From contig NC_047024.1 in the NCBI RefSeq assembly GCF_902652985.1, forward strand, positions 35,216,001 through 35,280,000: a stretch of DNA of 64,000 nt, in the 5' to 3' direction. The DNA is from Pecten maximus. Lineage: Eukaryota. Shown one piece after another: positions 60,601 to 64,000 of this stretch. Positions within the stretch are counted from its first letter, which is position 1; every line of letters begins with the position of its first letter. The notes under the pieces were generated by a model. The model was not told the DNA's origin and did not search any database. It saw nothing but the letters and a program-made list of their open reading frames with translations. The position numbers and the translations under genes were made by a program.

Positions 60601-63114
60601 ACAAGACCTACACATCCAAACTATTTTCACAAGTTCTGTGGTCTTCATCAAAACACTTTGAGACTTGAGATAAAATTATGTAACTCTGTTTACCCAGGGC
60701 CAGTGTTTGTGGAGTTTCCTATTGACAGTCTGTACCCATACCAGACTGTCAGTAAGGAGATTGGCATCAAGGAGAAGGGAAGACTTAGTCTGATGCAGAA
60801 AATCACAAACTGGTAAGTAACAAGTGAATTGTAAATCAGATTGTCTATCATCATTTTGACCTAAAGAGGTGTACTTAATAAAACTTATACAGGGAAAAGT
60901 TTCCATGTGAAATCTGGATGGAAAAATAACTGTTATTCATTTACATACCGTTATAAAGCAAACAAAGTTTTGGTTAAAATTTTATTGGCTGATCATTGAA
61001 GAAAGGAAGTTTTATAATATATTTTTCACTTAGCACACACATCCTTTTATTCTATAAAAAGTAGGAGTGCACTTATAGGGACGGGTGCACTTATTAGGTC
61101 AAATACGGTAATGGAATATATACTGGAACTTGTGTAGAATAATATACACTGAAGCAACATTTATATCAATAATAGAGCAAAATGTGACTTACAACTTTGA
61201 TCAGTCTATTCAATTATCAAGAAGTTGTAAACTCCTTTACACATTTATCATTAAGAAGATTGCTGTTTTAATATCTGGTAAAATTTCTGCTTTCTACTTT
61301 TAATCATCATTAAATGTGACAGCTCTACTCTCCTATATGATGACATTTCAGGTATCTGTCTAACTACTTGACTAATCTGTTTGCTGGAGCATTTGAGGAA
61401 AGAGATATGAGTCCATTGGCAACTGACATCAAGAAACCAACTTCTTCACAAGGTATCTGTTATTTTCTAGATTCTAAGCAATGGTTTCAGTGAAAATAAC
61501 CTGTATAATTAGAGGAAGGAAAATATGTTCTGTTATGAGTGTATTGTTTATAAAGATCCATTTTTCACATTTTGATTATTTAGGGGAGATAACTAATATA
61601 TAAAGATGGAAATTTATAATTATAAACTTTATTTACAAATAATAATATGGAATCTGTATGTTCTCTTATGTGTATTGTTTATGAATATTTCTTTTTCACA
61701 TTTTGATTATTTAGGGGAGATAACTCTAATATTTTAAGATGGAAATTTATGATTATAAACTTTATTTACAAATGGTAATGTGCAATCTGGATTTCAGTGA
61801 AATAGTGTTGGTGAAGAGAATCTGTATAATTAGAGAAAGGAAATTATGTTTTGTTATGTGTACTTTATGTTAATGTTTATGTTTAGGGGAGATAACTCTA
61901 ATATTTAAGATGGAAATTCATGAATATGAACTTTTCTAATAATGTTGAATCTGGATTAAAACTTTCCTTTCACTTTCTATAAACTCCAAAGATTATTTTT
62001 TATTCATTACACAGTCCAGAAAGGCATAGAACTACTTTCAAAGGCAAAGAAACCTGTGATTCTGATTGGAAGTCAAGCTACACTTCCCCCAGTTCCAGTT
62101 GAGGAACTGAGGAAGGCACTGGAGGTATAGTATCTGATCAATAATGAGCAGGGAGATAAATTCTCTCATACTTCAGTGGATGATCTTGCTTTATACAAGG
62201 ATAAAGAAAACTTTCTCACATGTGGTAATGAAACAGCTAACACAGTTATGATGATTATCAACCTCACATCACTGTACGAAGTCATACTGTCTTAGGGAAT
62301 GAGGAGTCCTGCCTCAGTCGAAGAGTTTTTATTTTTTACAGACAATGTAGATCAATGTTTATTCCAACAATAATTCGTTCATTGAAGTATGTGAGAAAGA
62401 AATGTACAATCAAACATGACTCAGTTCTGTGGACAGCAATATCTCAACCTTTGTGTAAGGGCTTAGTCTTCCAGTTGAAACTGGAAAAGACTACGGCCAG
62501 CCAACTCTTACATGAGGGTTGAGATATCCTGGTTCTTTGAACTGACAAGGGCCAGCCAAACTCTTACTGTAACTTGAGAGTTGAGATATTAAACCCATGT
62601 AAGATTCTATTTTATATTCAACTTTCTTTGTTCAGTAGTTAATGTAGTTAATCATCACCATTTGTTAGTGGATGTAAGAGATACAAGAATGTGTCTACTG
62701 ATACACAGAGATTCAATCCTTGTTGATATCTTGAATAAAATTATGAAAATTGTAAAATTATTATAAAGATTTGTTTGTTTGTTTGCTGGGCTTTTCGCCC
62801 ATGAATAGCCAGGGTCATTTTGGCACAGGGTCTCCTTGCAGCTGGTGCTCTAACCGAATGAACTAACATGGCCCCGCTATTATAAAGAGATCACAGAGAA
62901 AAAATAGCAATGTACAATCAAATTATTTCAGTGATAGAGGATTGCTTGTTTTATTTTTCAAGAATCTGTAAAATATATTTGCTATTATAGGACATAGGTG
63001 TACCTTGTTTCCTTGGTGGTATGGCCAGAGGACTTCTGGGTAAACACAGCTCCATACAGGCGAGACAGAAACGGGGCGAGGCACTCAAAGAGGCTGATGT
63101 TGTTATCATGGCAG
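54631..63114 (+). CDS. ILVBL: 2-hydroxyacyl-CoA lyase 2 / acetolactate synthase-like protein; first 10 coding exons, gene continues past the window
   Basis: Exons 54631-54756, 57689-57742, 58527-58631, 58833-58911, 59432-59523, 60064-60202, 60698-60812, 61352-61452, 62015-62124, 62991-63114. Gives an N-terminal hydrophobic anchor, [95 protein letters not shown]. Confidence 0.95.
54768..55621. mobile_element. Foldback MITE with about 340-bp TIRs and a 7-bp TSD (P-superfamily-like)
   Basis: CACAGGCGTCTGAAGTTCTGACAG... / ...CTGTCAGAACTTCAGACGCCTGTG; TSD GTCTGTC at 54761-54767 and 55622-55628; arms essentially identical. Confidence 0.92.
56907..57111 (+). mobile_element. tRNA-derived V-domain SINE
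   Basis: A box TGGCCGAGTGG, degenerate B box GTTCAAAAC, V-like core ggtggtttttctccagatactccggctttcctc, (caaa)n tail, TSD gtagttgttttacca at 56892-56906 and 57112-57126. Confidence 0.9.
58895..59271. repeat. 42-bp minisatellite (9 copies) spanning the ILVBL exon 4 donor
   Basis: Unit ctgtcacNRcaggaccag|gtaagtcWtctttacagacaacca; GT donors at 58912+42n up to 59248. Confidence 0.95.
60175..60435. repeat. About 66-72 bp tandem repeat (4 copies) spanning the ILVBL exon 6 donor
   Basis: ctacagatagcccagtctggaactccag|gtaaggtcaaggtc repeated with divergence. Confidence 0.85.
61480..61955. repeat. Degenerate 140-180 bp tandem duplication in ILVBL intron 8
   Basis: tttaggggagataact...aagatggaaatt occurs three times. 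Confidence 0.7.
62770..62879 (-). mobile_element. Internally deleted tRNA-derived SINE
   Basis: The - strand reads gcggggccatgttagttcattcggttagagcac at the head and (caaa)n at the tail; flanked by attataaaga on both sides. Confidence 0.6.
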
Positions 63115-64000
63115 GTAAGACTGCTAAAAAATAATATGATATATACTGTAAATCAAAGTAAATTATTTAAGACACAAATAATGTACATAATCATTAAGAC
63201 AGGAAAGAATACTGAAAGTAATGTCATATAAATTTATCAACATGCTAGTAGACATAAGTAACATCAAGGTAGGTAGGACAAAGTCTGGAAAATCTACACA
63301 TATACCTACAGGAAATACATCCACAATTAACATTCTAATCAAGGCAGGTAGGACTACAGAAAAATAACATTGTATAAATTAATATGTTTTAGGGGTAAGG
63401 ACGAAATACATACTGCCACAAATAATATAATCATGCCTGGTAGGACTCAATGATAATGTCATGTATAGAGGAAATCGAAGCATGTGTGAAAAATATCAAA
63501 ATATTCTGTCATATGAGTGAAATATATGTTTTATTAAACAGGAAACCATTCAATTTTGTTTTTATTGCATTTTGAAAACAAAATTAAAAACATCGAAAAA
63601 TCAATAGTGTCAAAAAGTGCGGGAATCAGTAACATAATTCATGATGTTATCTCTTTGTGGCGTTACTCCACGTCAACTTGACGGCAACATTTTGAAAGGA
63701 CTTATCAACGCAATTTAAGCGTTTTCTGCTGTTATCGGAGAATCTATGCATGAATAGCTAACGTGAAGTGATTATTTTGTCAAAAAAATAGTCTGAATAT
63801 TTCAGAAATACAGCAAAATAACCAATTTATCTATCTTCGTTTGAATTGGAAAAATCAATGATGTGAATACAAAGGTTCGCTCTGATTGGGCAAAAATGAA
63901 AAACATATGTTCACTGCAAAATCTGATATTTTCACTGCTCATCGCTGCAGTGAAAATACAAGATTTATTAGTATCATCGATAAATTTCTTTATTGCATTT

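Overview
AT-rich, intron-containing animal genomic DNA, most likely from a bivalve mollusc (inferred from the V/Meta-type SINEs, Helentron-like HINE repeats and an intronless TRIM-NHL gene). Four host genes: an intronless RING/B-box/coiled-coil/NHL TRIM gene (-), a gene with four coding exons for a VWA domain plus a C-terminal domain resembling the plant EFFECTOR OF TRANSCRIPTION GIY-YIG-like module (-), a complete ZNF143/ZNF76 (Staf) orthologue with 7 C2H2 fingers (-), and the first 10 exons of ILVBL/HACL2 (+). Mobile DNA: the 5' part of a DIRS/Ngaro-type retrotransposon (SGNH hydrolase, gag, frameshifted RT-RNaseH), a young intact Gmr1-like Ty3/gypsy LTR element (PR-INT-RT-RH order, tRNA-Leu PBS, 5-bp TSD), SINEs, HINEs, MITEs, degraded Penelope RT remnants and a 5.8-kb 33-bp minisatellite. 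Most notable: (1) a head-to-tail array of about 15 minimal type-I hammerhead ribozymes at 21.3-22.0 kb, two with intact cores; (2) the SGNH esterase of the DIRS/Ngaro element appears to be a cassette exon inside an intron of gag; (3) tandem arrays seeded exactly on exon/intron donor junctions in five introns of three genes; (4) the VWA plus ET-like fusion protein. All coordinates were read by eye and all family assignments are from motif recognition; no database search was run.
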